Source of the DNA: Camelus dromedarius
Taxonomy: Eukaryota
NCBI RefSeq assembly: GCF_036321535.1
Contig: NC_087445.1
Location: 744,001 to 808,000, forward strand
Direction of reading: 5' to 3'
DNA: 64,000 nucleotides
Position numbers and translations under genes: made by a program. The notes under the pieces were generated by a model, which did not search any database, was not told the origin of the DNA, and saw nothing but the letters and a program-made list of their open reading frames with translations. Below, piece by piece: positions 51,621 to 64,000 of this stretch (positions within the stretch are counted from its first letter, which is position 1; the number at the start of each line of letters is the position of its first letter).

Positions 51621-54600
51621 CTGTGGACAAGGAAGGTGTGGTCTGGGGGGTCCTCACTGGGCTGAGCTGCATTGGGCGGCAAGGGTGAAACGCTGGCAGC
51701 TGGAGGTCAGGTGAGATCGGCTGCCCTCAGGTTCAAGCCCCCAGACTCCTGCAGGTGCAAGATAGAATCTGAAGCTTGGGGACACCAGGACGAGGTCTAA
51801 ATGACTTCTTTGTCCACCAATGTTACCTTCTTGGCTAAGTGAAGAAAGTCCAAAATTGAGATTTGGAATATGCTGTTTTTTCCAAGGGAGAGTTGGCCTG
51901 AGTTTTAAACACCATATTCTCCGAGTTTTGAAGTTCAGTGGCTGAAGTTGCACTTGCCATCATATAAGGCTGTGGTGAAAACATGTCAGCGGTGGTGGGA
52001 GAGGACCCCCAGCCTGGGGAAGCCTCTGTGCGTTCAGACAGTAATGGGAGGATGGGAGATCTGGGGTGCATCGTCCAAGGGCGCTGGAGCTGAGGCCGGA
52101 GCTGGGAAGGGAGCAGGTGGTGCCACTCAGATCTGAGCTTCACGAGCTCCTGTGAAGCTGTGCATGGCGTGCGTGGTGTTCCCACTGAGGAACCTTCTGG
52201 AGCAATACAGAGTATCAGTGCCTTCCCAAGTTATGGATCAGGCCCTGGCAAACATAACAGGCTTCCGTCATCTGGGCTGTGGCTGCCACTTCCATCCATC
52301 GTGCCGCATCCTCAAATCTCAGCACCATGCTCCATGGACCGCTGTCCCCAGATGGAGTGGGAGCGCATCAAGGGGAGTCCAGGCCACTAGGTGTGGGGGC
52401 GCTCCTGGGGCCACCTAGGGAAGGGCTTCTTACTGAGAGACCCTGGTGTCCCCAGGCTGATGGGGTGAGCGCTGGGACAGGGGTCTCACCAGGTCCTGCC
52501 CACTGGGGACTGTTCAGCCTTGAGTCATGTGGCCCAGGGCAGGCAGGGAGCGGAGCACTGGCCTCCACCAGCTGTACTGGGAGACTGGCTTCACGTAAGG
52601 GCTGCTCGGCTCAGATGGCACAGCACGTATCTGTCTTGCTGTTTTTAGAGAGGCTGTAACCCCCCCCCCTCCCCGGGTGAAGTTTTCTGTATCAGTTTGG
52701 CTCGCAGCCACCTTCTGTGCCTAAATCAGTCCCCTATTTGTTTTTAGTTACCATCCTTTAGAGGATTCTAGATTTGTGATGGAGCCAAGACACTGAGGCA
52801 TGCGCTATGGCGTGTGGGGTGGGAGCACGCGTGTGCATGGGTGCACGTGTGTGGGCGTGTGTGTAGCTCCTGCCCACCTGCGGTCAGGATAGGGCGCCCA
52901 GCTGGGCCAGTCTCAGCGCCCACCAGTGCCTGCGCCGAGGCTGGTGAGACGGGGAACTCAGGTTGGAGAGCCTGGGCTGCCCAGCTGGGAGGCGCTCACT
53001 GCTCTCTTCTCACCCAGAACCGCTCTTCCTCATCTTAACAGCCTGTGTGTTGTCTTCAACTGTCAATAGAATTAATGATGCTCACCTTCCCCGGGGCAAA
53101 TGATAATACCCCTGTGTGAGGCCCTGGCACGCACCAAGTATTTAGTATGTAAATATTTAGTAAAAGGTTCTTATTTAATTTATAAGTAATGTATAATAGT
53201 TTATTCCGAGTTTGTGTGAGTCTGGTTGTTATCTGCGGGAGGAGATTTCTGGACTATTGGCCCCAGCAGGTCTGACACACACTGATGCTGAAGGTGTGTG
53301 CTGTTCCAGCTCATCGCACCAGCGCAGGAGATGGGAACGCGTTGATTGCCACCACCGGATTTTTCTCCTCCAGGATCAGACCCGTGGGGTGGGGACTGGC
53401 GGGAGTGGGTACCGGACTGAGTCTGCTGAGTGATGGGAAGCTCTAACTGATGCTTCTACAAAATGTCAAAAGCTCACAAATGCTGCAAAGAAAAGAAAGC
53501 CTGTCCAGCTTTCTGAGGACAAAGCACGCCTGCCCTTTATGCTCCTGGAAGGCAAAGGAGAAACATCCCATCAATGGGACAACGGCTTGGATATTTTTAA
53601 ACCCAGCAGATAAATGCTTGGAATTAAAGTATTTCTGTCATTTTTCTACAGGTCACAGGAAAATCACACTGCTTATACCTCACATAAGGACACCTTTTCT
53701 TTGCTGAGTTTTTAAGAAAAAAAAAAAAAATAAGAAAATGTCAACCACGGGCCCAGGCCCATGGGGACTGAGCTATCTGGTGACACCTACAGGGTTTGCA
53801 TGAGACCTGCCCCTCTTGGTGGTGTGGGGGGGCTCCTCTCAGGGAAAGACTTAGGGTTGAACCCCAGAAATGTTGCACTGCTGGCCCCTCAATATTTCAG
53901 ACTGCGAGAGAGCCTTTTTCTGTGAAGCAATAGGGTTTTTGTCTTGGATGGAAGGACCTGGATTTGGACGATCAAATGAAGCCGCCTATGGAAAGTACAT
54001 GAAACATACCTCACACTCAGAAAACAGAGGAAGCACCCTTCTGCCCTGTTTCTTGCTTATTACACAGTTCTCATCACAGCAACATAAGAAAAAAAAAAAG
54101 AACATTTTTGTACAGTCCCACCGTAGCTTGATCTCCTCCTCACTTGCAGAAGTCGTTTTTACAGAGTGGTAATCCAGCTGCCGTGACTCTGTCTTTATCC
54201 CATGTTGCTACACAACCCTCCTAACTGTTTAAGCAACCACACATTCGTGCATCAGCGCTCATGAGCAAATGAGCATTCAGTGAGACAGTGGCAGTTTCCT
54301 GAGCCCACAAGCCTGTGTTTTTATTTGTGGGTATTCCGGGCATAGGAAAGGCCACATCGGGACATTTGGAGCTGTCTCCAGGGGATGGGATGAGAGGAGC
54401 GATGTCACTTCCCATCCCTGACACTGCATGTATGTTGCTTACCATGTGGGCACGCGTGTATGTGCATGTCCCTCACTGACAGTGACAGTGGCTCCAGGAG
54501 GCTGGCACTCTGGGACCTAGGCACCATGGAATTGGAGCAAAGGATGCCTGCCATGAGGCCTGTTCTTTCCTTTCCAAACAGGAGACCTGAGAACACACCA

Positions 54601-55994
54601 GAAATGTGAGGGAGGACCAACCTGACAGGCCTAGACTGTGGGTGTGGGACAAACCTTGAGATCCAGAGGGGTTTAGGGCCATGAAGTCTGGGCAGCAAGC
54701 GGTATTCTGGGTCAGAGTAATTTCTCCATTCATGTGACGATGTAAAATGGGTCATTGTTCATGATGTTATGACAGCAATTAAGGCTGGGTGGGTTCTGTG
54801 GTTCAGTGATGGAGGAGACAGAGATGCCCATCAAAGAAGGGGAAATTACTTGATTGCTGGTTTCCACCCATTTTCACCCTGTGTTGGGATGAGGGGGCCG
54901 AGGATAGAGAAGCAGCAGGAGGGATGCCCTCCATCCCCCTCCACCAGCTCAGCCCAGGGGAAGCAGCACTGGCTGGGAAAGAAAGAGTCCCATGGCTGTA
55001 AGGGACTGTTTACTAATAGCGGTAAGTTTGCAATATGTTGTAGGGGTGAGGGAACCACTTTCTAAAGCAACGTATGGAAGATTCAGGTTGGAAAATAAAA
55101 AGCACATGTAAACAGTGGCGTGCTGGCATTAATGGGGTCATTGCACTGAAGTGTGGGTGCAGCGTCACCCTACGGAACCCTCCGGCAACTCGAGAGTGGG
55201 CCCCAGTAGCCAGATCTCAACTTTACAGACAAGGAGATGGCCCAGCGGGTTCCATCTGCACTCAGGCATCTTTTCCCTTTAAAAGATTTCTCTTCATTGC
55301 ATTCATTTTTAATTTTGTAAGTAACATACTAGCACAGTCTGTCTGCGAGGTGTTTTACTGGGGCCACAAGTGCACATGTATCTGTGAGTTCTGAAAGGGA
55401 CAAGCGAGGACTTCGGGGTGTCCTCCCAGGCCCCTCACGGAGGGAACGGCAGCAGGCATTTCTAGGCCTGCGGACATTGAATTACAAAGACATTTAGTGA
55501 GACCATGGCTGGGGGATGAAGGACACTGAGAGTCTGCAATGCAGACCTAGTGGGAAGCTGGGACACTGCTGTTCAGGGTCTCGGGCTACCAGGCTGGGAA
55601 GGACGGCTGGCCTGGGCTGGTCTGGCAGAGCTGCCTGCTTCACACCCATGCCCTGTGTCTGCCAGGGCTCACGGGTCGTGGTTTGGGCACTTAAAATAGT
55701 GTGTGATATGGCCATTCGATCCAAGCTTGTCACTTATCGAGGGAATGGCCTCAGGGGGGCACTAATCTCCTTGGCCCCCTTGGGGGAAAACTTCCAGGAT
55801 AACAGTACTCACCTTACAGGTGTGCGACAGGAAATAAACAAGTCTGTGTCAAGTTCACAGACAGGGGTTGGGAGAGCTGACATGTCCCAAGGATGCAAGT
55901 TTCCGTTAGCATCCCCCAAATTAAGGGGTACAAGCAAGTGTGAGGGTAAAACGTGGGTGTGGGAGTAAACCTGAGTGTGAGGGACATGCACCAT

Positions 55995-56020
55995 CACACA
56001 CACACACACACACACACACA
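55995..56020. repeat. (CA)13 microsatellite
   Basis: Seen directly, about 150 bp upstream of the candidate promoter patch. Confidence 0.95.
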
Positions 56021-56149
56021 CCCCCCAATAATCTCAAAACAAAAACCTCTAAGCAGTTGTGTATTCCCCGTATGCCCCCCTAAGCATGTAGTAACTGTTC
56101 ACACACTACAAAACGGGGTTCGTTATGGAGATGGAGCATTTTAAATGCC

Positions 56150-56732
56150 CCGTTGCCTCAGAAACTTCTAAAAAGTGAGTGGCAGAGGTGTTCAGAGCAA
56201 GAAGTAACAGCCCTCCCAGCCTGCCCGGGTCCTCTCCTTAGCCTGTGGCTGGAGGGACTCCCTGGGCTCCAGGTCCCACCAGCCTGTCACCCACCCTCCC
56301 CGCTCCTCCTCGTTGCCGTGGTAACAGCCGGCATCCCGGGCTCGCGAGCTGCACTCCCCTCGCCCCTCCTGCTGGCTCTGGAGGAGCAGGCGGGCTTTGT
56401 CAGGGCTCAGTGTCTCCCTGCAGCTGCGAGACAGAGAAGAAAAGGGGCTGCCTGTGGGTGCCACCGGGGCCCCTTGAGGGCCAGAAGGAGGCAGGGCCAC
56501 GCCAGACCAGCAGCCCCGAGCTCGTGGGGTCCCTGCGGGCCTCACCCCGGGCCTGGTGGGAGGGGTCCTGCCCGGCCCCAGCTCCGGAGCCGGGGGCGGG
56601 GTCCTGCTCCTTGGGGACCTGCTTGGGGTCTCCTCCAGCAAGCTGTCCCAGGCAGGAGTGGCCGATGGGGAACCCCCGGCTCTGCTTGTTTGCCTGTTTC
56701 ATGGTTTTCCTCCCCAAGGGAAGGCGGTGAGT
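56150..56732 (+). promoter_or_regulatory. Candidate promoter / non-coding first exon, probably FGD3-side by synteny
   Basis: CpG-enriched patch with X-box GTTGCCGTGGTAAC (56312-56325) and strong splice donor GCG|GTGAGT (56726/56727). BICD2 and FGD3 are divergent neighbours in mammals as I recall, but no FGD3 coding sequence is present here. Confidence 0.4.
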
Positions 56733-57159
56733 AACTGGTGTCTGAAAAGGGGAACTCTTTCCTCTTTTCAGGTGGTTGAAATCCTGGGTTCCTTGGGGGC
56801 TGCTTATTCTCCAGGGTGGTGGGCCTGGGGGATGGTGTGTGGCCATCACACTGTGCGACTTGAGGCGGGGTCCCCCTGCGTCACAGCACACCCGGGTCTA
56901 GGCTAACAACCTGCCATGGCTTTGCTGAGGGGCCCCGGCTCCTGAACAGAATTGCCCAGAATATTTTTTGAACAAATCTAGGATGCTGAACGCTGTGACA
57001 GGACCTGCCTTATTTCTAGACTTCCTTCACCCTCACCCGACTCTTCTCAGTTCTTTTTAAATGGATGGGAGGGGAATAGAGTGCATACTTCAGAAAGACA
57101 TTGCCTGAGGTTGCCATGATAACGGGGACCCCATTTCAGATGTCAGGACTGTCTTTTGG

Positions 57160-57625
57160 AAAAAATAGACTATTTTTTAAGAGCAATTTTGGGTTCACAG
57201 CAAAATTGAGGGGAAGGTACAGAGATATTTCATACACCCCTCCCCCGCCCTGGTCCTCTGCTTCCCTTTCTGGATTAGCAACATCCCCCAGCAGAGTGGC
57301 GTATCTGTCACAACGCATGGACCTGCATGGACACGTCGTAATCACCCAGGGTCCGCAGTTTACATTAGGGCTCACTCTCAGTACTGTAGGTTCTGTGGTT
57401 TTGGACAAATGTACCCCAGCACGCATCCCCCTTTATAGCATGGTGCAGAGTGGTTTCACTGTCCTAAAACCCTCTGTGGTCCACTTACTCATCTCTCCTC
57501 CCTTAACCCCTGGCAAGTCCGGAACACCAGCAGTTTTTCCAGAATGTCATACGTTTGGAATTCTACAGAATGTAGCCTTTTCAGATTGGCTTCTGTCCCT
57601 TAGTAACATGCACTTAAGGTTCCAG
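57160..57625 (-). mobile_element. L1MA/MB-type 3' end
   Basis: AATAGACTATTTTTTAAGAGCAATTTTGGGTTCACAGCAAAATTGAG...CTTAGTAACATGCACTTAAGGTTCC. Confidence 0.85.
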
Positions 57626-60600
57626 GATTATCTTTTAAAAAATTCCTTTCTCTCTCTTTCTTACTTACTTTCTTTTTCATTAGGAAAACCAGCCCTTCAG
57701 ATGAATGTGGGCGAGGGGTCTTTTTCTGTAAAGAGGCTGTAAAGGCTCATTCCCGGGTCCTTGGTGACGCCAGGCTGTCCCTGGCTTTTTGGCGGCGAGT
57801 TTCCCCACTGTTCGTCTGGGAACCAAGATAGTGAGAGCATCTTAGCTGTCACTGTGGACTCCTTGGGTGGCTGCGGAAGGTAGCGTCGCGGTCTAAGACG
57901 GCTTTAAGTGAGAGGAATGAGTATGTGTGTGGTGTCTGTGCATGTTACACTGTTGAAACGGCAGCCCAGCCCCAGACAGGTTGTTCGCAGGAGGTTCTGT
58001 TGTGCAGAAAAGTTAAACATGTCTCGGCAGGTGTGGTTTTTCCTTCCAGGTCCCTGTGTTGGGCCAGTTGGTCAACGCAGCTTTGGATGCAGGGCCTGCT
58101 CTGTGTAGGTGAGGGTCCCAGCCTTGCTCACCTGTTAGGGGCTAGGCTGGATCCTGCTGGCAGAGAGACCGCCTTCTGGGCTGGGGCCTCAGTTTCCTCA
58201 TCTGTACTTCTCAGGGTTTTGACAGCTTGTCCTCAGGCCCTTAGTGGCTCACTTGGTGGGTGACCTCAGCCTGGCGCTGCTCTAGGCACCGGGAACTGAC
58301 CAGCTCACACAGGCCGGGGGGTTCAGAGCAGGACACGTCTGCCTGTCACACTGGTGGGAGGGCACACTCGGCTGGGGGATGATGGTGCTACCCCCACCGC
58401 ATGACCTTGGGCCAGGGCATCAGCCTTCTCAGCCGTCCAGTGGGGCTCACTATGTGTGAAAGGACCCGAGGGGTGCAGTCTGTGGTGGGTGCAGGCTGTC
58501 TGCCTGAAGCACCTGCCTGGGCTGAGGGCACACCCAGCCCAAGCTCTCGGGTGTCAGTTCTGCCTCAGTTCTGCAGCCTCAGGCCAGCATTAGGGCATCC
58601 ACCTTCCCCAGGACACCCGGAGGAGGGGGTCCCCAGAGCCTTCAGGCTGCGTGGGGAGCCCTTGGGAACTGGCAGTTTTGGAGTGTGGCCACAGCCTCGC
58701 ATTCCCAGCCCACCAGGGGCCACCAGGCATTGGATTTTGACCCGCAGGTGTCTGCATGGGCCAGCCGTGTCCAACAAGGGGCGAGGTGCCAGTGTTTGCA
58801 GCAGTCTGCCCGGGAAGAGCCAAGAAGCCATCCCTTCTGAGCCAGCACCTGCCCCGTGTATGCACTGCTGCCCCCAGCCCTGCGTGTGCTGCCCAGGGAT
58901 GTCGTTGACTTGTCCTCCCACCACGCTCCCTGAGAGGCTCCCAGCATCTGCTGCCCCAGGGCCACAGGCAGAGTCCTTGTTAGGGTTCGACTAACTGACC
59001 AGCCAGCCACCCCCCAACCGATAACCAGCTAGCCGACCTCCCTCCTTGTCTGTCCTCTCCCTCCCTCCCTTTCTCCCTTCTTTCCTTCCTATCTTGTTCC
59101 AGAAAAGATTTGGTTGAGCCTAAAGTATGCAGGATCAAGAGAAGCAGGTGCATACGACCTAAGAGCTGGTCGTATTTGCCAGAAAGAACTTGGGCGGGGG
59201 TGGGGGTTGGTGAAACCCTATGACGGGCCCCCCCTTCTGAGAGGAGAGAGCCCGGCAGGACAGGGGAGGGCTCTATACCCGTGTGTTCAGTGTTGGTTAG
59301 TTTAGCCTGAGTCCCCTCCCCACTTCCACATCAGACCCTTATGAACTACCAGAGCTTCTGATCACCTCGTGACCCTCAGTCTAAAGAAGGACCCCAGAAA
59401 CAGACCTAGGGAGCCCACTCAGAGGGGGTCTGAGAAGTGGGCGTCCCTAAATGACCACCCTCCCGGCTCTCCATCCCAGCTCTTTGTCCCCTGTCCCTTC
59501 CAGAAGCAAGGGAGAGGGGACAGCATGGGGGTGGACGAAGCCCCGCCCACCCCGCCTGGCTGGGAGGTGAGGGCTATGCCCTAAGGCCATGTCTAGTGCA
59601 TTTAGGGGGAATGCCAACTGACTTTCTAGAGGTCCACCTGGGGCTTTTAAAATAAAAAGTTACTAGTGACAGATGCTTGAACGGATAAATGAGGAAGGCC
59701 TGTCTTTTCCTGGTACACAGTTTTGCATCTCAGAATATTCCACATGGACCAAGCTGGATGAGGCTGGAAGTTTTTGCTGAATGGCTCTTATGCCGAACTT
59801 AAAACATCCTAAACTGCCATCCCTTGCAGATGTGGGATTATATCTGTCTACTCCCGTGCTCTTAGTCCTTAAAACATTGTGCCTAAATGGTCCCTCATCG
59901 TGGCTGCAAATTGGATAAAACCGCTGGCCTCCGAGATATACGCTTGGGGCCCCCCTGGTCGGTAGGCTGTGACTTTCTGGCAGCCTGTGCTGCTTCTCCA
60001 AAGACTGGGTCCAAGAGAGTGTGGCTGTTTCCTTGTCTCAGGGGATTGGTCAGGGAATCTGGTGTGGGCGGGGCCTGGCCTGAGTCCACCTGTGCGTGTG
60101 CAACGTGTGCAGGGAGTGTCTGCAGGAAACTGTTGGGACGGTGGCCTTGCTGATGCCAGGAGCGGCTGCAGAGAAGGTCTTCCCTCCCCATCCCCCACAT
60201 GTATGGGATCTGGGGCAGGTGTGGTCGGAGTCTAAGATCTTCTGTGGCAAAGGGGGTATCTGTCATCTGATCTCATGATCCTTGGTCTTAAACCAAGTTC
60301 CAAAAAATTTTGTCTGCAAAATAAACTATCCTGCTTAAGAAATAATTAATTGCAGGGGTGGGTGGACACTCCCATCCTGTTATTGCTTCCTGAGACGGTC
60401 CTTGGCTTTAGAACCCTGCTAAGGGACACTTAGGCCCCTCTCCCCTTCCCCTCCCCTTTCCCTCACCCCTCTCTTCCCTCCCGCCCCTCCCCTCCCTCCT
60501 TTCTCACGGGGACAGTGCTGCTGTGAGAGATTCCAGTTCCCTCCAGCCATCTTCTCCCAGAGCGCCCAGTGCAGCAGCGCCCTGAAAGGCAGCGCTCTCA

Positions 60601-62089
60601 ATCAGCAGACTGGTTGAGTTCTGAATTGCCTTTGGTTAATCAGGAGTTGAGACTGAGGATCCCAGTAGGAAAGGAAGGGTCTAGGTGACTGGGCAAATGC
60701 CATGTGGGTGGATCGAGCATGTGCAGGGGCAACCCCGAATCTCTCTGGGCTCAGCCGGGCTCTGTGCTGCTGGCATTGCCCTGAATCCAGGCACCTGGAC
60801 CTGAAGGGTGGGGCGAGGCCACCCTTACTGCCTTACTCCTTCGTACATCCCTCTATTTCCACAGTGATTTTTTTTTCTTACAGGGTTAAAAACAGCTCCA
60901 GACACAGCACTTTCCTTTCAGTGTAGCTCATCAGAGCTCTTTGTTAGAGATAAGAGGTTGCTTCCATTTCAGGCTTGAATGTCACTGCAGCCCATGCCAG
61001 GGCCTCTCTGTAATTATCCTGCTGTCTGGAAAGCTCTTAAATGCCACTTCATCTGAGGGTTTGAGGCCGCAATTGCTTCTCCAGTGCAATGCCAATGTCA
61101 AATGTTTTTATAGAGTGATTCTTTTTTTTTTTTAAATAAGAAAATAAAGCAAATGACGATTAATCAGCCCCTCACTGCTCACACCTTGGCATTTGATGTG
61201 CGTTTTCCTAGGGAGTCCCCATGGCCTGGTTTTGGGGTGAAGGGGCTCTCCCACTGTCACCTGGCCAGGATGTGGCCTCGTGAGCCCCAGGGTTCGCCCT
61301 CCTAGCTGCCCGACAATGGTGATGCGGGGTGAATTTCAAGGCAGTGGCCAAGTTTAGGAAATATTTTTCTGTCTTTGAAGAAAACGCAGTCTCAGTTTCA
61401 AGCAATCTAGAAACTTTTTCGCAAAAGCACGTTTTCAGAAGGCAAAATTCCACTCAGAGTCCCTTCTTTTTGGGTTTCTTAACCACAGTTTTCCTCAGCG
61501 AGTTTTAGGACAGCTAAGTAGAAATTAAAATTTCCATACGTAAACAGATGTGGAGACAGCTGGCTCTGACTGTGCAATTGCTGGAGCTTTGGCATCTCAA
61601 ATGAGCAATGAAGAAGCTTTTATTTTCTTATTTTTAAATAAGTTGGCTTTTCTTCCGATTGCAAATATAATAAATGTTCTTTGTAGAAATTTAGATATTA
61701 CCGAGAAGCATTGAGAGGAAAGTGAAACTTCCCAGAAGCTCACCACCCAGAGATGGCAGGGTTTGTGTGAGTCTAAAAAGATTTCCCCTTTCCTTTTCTG
61801 GGTCTTGTCTACTGATCTGTGGAATAATCATTAAGGTTTGTCTTGGGACCTGAAATCTAACAAGCTTGCCCCCATTCCAAAGTCCCTTAGATTCTCACCC
61901 CAGCCTCCCGCCCTGGCTAGTTCGGCATTTCCGTGGCTCTTGCCAGCCTCGTGGAAAGGAGAATGACAGCACTGGATACTCCGTCCCATCCTTGGGTCTG
62001 ATGGGTGTCCCCAGTGCCCGGTGCATGTGTGGCCCATGTGACCAGTGAATGGCAGAGGCTCGAGCACAGGGCCCACTTGTGCCAGCGTT

Positions 62090-62410
62090 TTTCTCTGTTC
62101 AACTTATTTCACTTCGCATAATGCCCTCAAAGTCCAACCATGTTCAAAAGTGTCAAGATGTCATCTTTTTTATGGCTGAGTAGTATTCCACTGTACATGC
62201 ATACCACATCTTTATCCAGTCGTCTGTCAATAGACACTTAGGTTGCTTCCATGTCTTGGCTATTGTAAGTAATGTTACAACGAACATAGGAGTGTTCAAT
62301 GTAATGTTTTTGTGTTCTTCGGAAACATATCCAGAAATGGAATTGCTGGACTGTGTGGTGGTTCTATTTTTCATTTTTTGAGGAACCTCCATACTGTTTT
62401 CTATAGTAGC
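62090..62410 (-). mobile_element. L1 3' fragment
   Basis: Minus-strand peptide TPMFVVTLLTIAKTWKQPKC..WIKMWYACTVEYYSAIKK. Confidence 0.9.
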
Positions 62411-62449
62411 CAACTAACAGCCACGGTCCCACCCCAAAGCCCCAGAGAT

Positions 62450-63640
62450 TACCACTGCTTCAACTTCACAGACTAGTTCTGCTTTTCCTTGAACTTCATC
62501 TAAAGTAGCCTTTTGTGCCTGGCTTCTTTGCAGATGCATTTTTTATCGTTGGTATCTCAGTAATTCATTCCTTTTTAGTCCATAGTATGGCTATACCACA
62601 CTTTGCTTGTTCATTCTCCAGCTGGTGGACAATTAGGTTATTTCCAGTTTTGAATTGTGAATAGGACTGCTACAGACATTTGTGACCAGGTCTTTGTGTG
62701 GACAGGTGTTTTCTTTTCTCTTGGGTAGACCCTCCCTCCCCAGGAGTGGAATTGTTGGCTCACAGGACAAGTGCATGTTTACCTTCATGAGAAAAATGCC
62801 AAGCAGTTTTCCAAAGCAGTTTTCCAATTTTGTGCTTCCACCAGCACTGTGTGAGAGTTTTGTTTGCTTGGCATCCTCGTCAACACTTAGCATTATCAGC
62901 TTTTTTTACTGTACCCATTCTAGTGGGGCAAGGTGATATCTCACTGTGAATTTAATTTCCATTTCCCTGATGGCAGGTGATGCTGAGCGCCTTCCCGTGT
63001 GCTCACTGTCTATTTCGATAAACTTTTCTTAGTCAAGTGCTTAGTCTAACCTTTTCCTCAGATTGTTTATTAGATCATTGATCTGTTTTCTTATTGATTT
63101 GTAGGCATTCTTTATGTATTCTAGACACAAGTCCTTTGTCAGAGAGATGTATTACAAATATTTTCTTTCAGTCTGTGTCTTGCCTTTTTATTTTCTTATT
63201 TGAGCCTTTAATGAGGTTTTTCATGTTGGTAAAAGTCAGTTTATCAAGTTTTTCTTTTATGGCTAGTGTCTTGTATAGTCTAAGAAATCTTTGCCTACCT
63301 TGAGTTCATGAATGTTTTCACCTATGTGTTTTCAGAAGCTTTATAATTTTAGAGCTCACAGTTAAGACGGTGATTCATTTCCAGTTGTTTGTGTGTGTGG
63401 TATGAGTGGTGGGTCAACGTTCATTTTCCATATAGGTATCCACTCATTCCAGCTTGTTGAGAAGGATTTCCTTCCCCATTGATGAGTATTGGCACCTTTA
63501 CTGAAAGTCAACTATGTGAATGTGAGTCCATTTCTGGACTCTGTTCTGTTCCATCGATCTGTTGCCCTATCCCTATGCTAATACCATACTATATTGATTT
63601 TTTTAACTTAATTTAATCTTATTATTATAGCGTTATTGTG
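62450..63640 (-). mobile_element. Older L1M-type ORF2 3' fragment
   Basis: GTGGAATTGTTGGCTCAC...CCACCAGCACTGTGTGAGAG...GATGAGTATTGGCACCTTTACTGAAAGTCAACT. Confidence 0.85.
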
Positions 63641-64000
63641 CTTAATAAATTAAATTATTTTACCTTTTGTAGTTAAGTCCTGTGCTGTGGTAATCTGTTG
63701 AACTGTCTCTCTGTTGTCAGACACCCGGAACGTCTCCAGTTTTCCCCCATTGCAAATATGTGTTGACTGTGTTGAATGTCCTTGCTCACCTGTGTGAGCG
63801 TGAAGAATTGACACCTGGAGGGGGCATGGCTGGGTGGGAGGGGGTGTGAGCTGTGTATTGTCATCATTGCTTAGGTCAAGGCTCCAGACTGCCTTCCACA
63901 ATGGGGCAGGGGAACGGAGGGAGGGGTGCACCCCATCCACCACTCTGTCCCATTCCAGGCCTTCCTGTCTCTCTAGCATTGCTCCCTAGGGCTCCACCTA

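Noticed and set aside
54462-55991. 15-bp inverted repeat GTGAGGGACATGCAC (54462-54476 / 55977-55991)
   Set aside because: A few 15-mer matches are expected by chance in 64 kb, and both copies lie in TG/CA-rich context.
56727-56770. Donor at 56727 paired with acceptor TTTTCAG at 56770
   Set aside because: A 44-nt intron is too short for the mammalian spliceosome; the donor more plausibly splices further downstream.
57101-57742. 213-aa plus-strand ORF
   Set aside because: Mostly the antisense strand of an L1 3'UTR; no protein homology evident.
27001-64000. FGD3, ZNF484 or ANKRD19 coding exons
   Set aside because: No FGD3 N-terminal or DH-domain peptide, no C2H2/KRAB and no ankyrin motifs were seen in any frame.

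Overview
Mammalian genomic DNA, most likely camelid (alpaca/llama/camel), judged from a tRNA-Ala-derived vic-1-type SINE and the absence of any recognisable Alu, B1/B2, Bov-A/BovB or PRE-1. The only protein-coding sequence I can support is coding exon 1 of BICD2 (minus strand, 26105-26344, [13 protein letters not shown]...EMEQLKE, GTAAG donor). It sits in a CpG island, and positions 1-26104 are BICD2 intron 1; exon 2 was not found in the window. To the right is a repeat-dense stretch (L1, ERV1, ERVL/MaLR, Tigger MITEs, MIR, L2) and a candidate plus-strand promoter/non-coding first exon near 56.2-56.7 kb, which synteny suggests belongs to FGD3. Almost all other ORFs in the six-frame track look like GC-rich noise or repeat-derived. 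The most interesting observations are: (1) a stop-free poly-glycine GGC-repeat frame upstream of and in frame with the BICD2 ATG, opened by a Kozak-context GTG; (2) a 52-bp ACTACAA+GC+CCAAT promoter module duplicated with a 145-bp period; (3) two RFX X-boxes at the candidate FGD3-side promoter; (4) a near-consensus CTCF site inside an orphan L1 5'UTR between the two promoters; (5) a MER41-like LTR pointing at BICD2; and (6) well-preserved nested and twin-primed transposon insertions. I found no evidence for a wholly new multi-gene system. Repeat family names are from recognition, not from a database search, and repeat boundaries are approximate unless TSDs are given.
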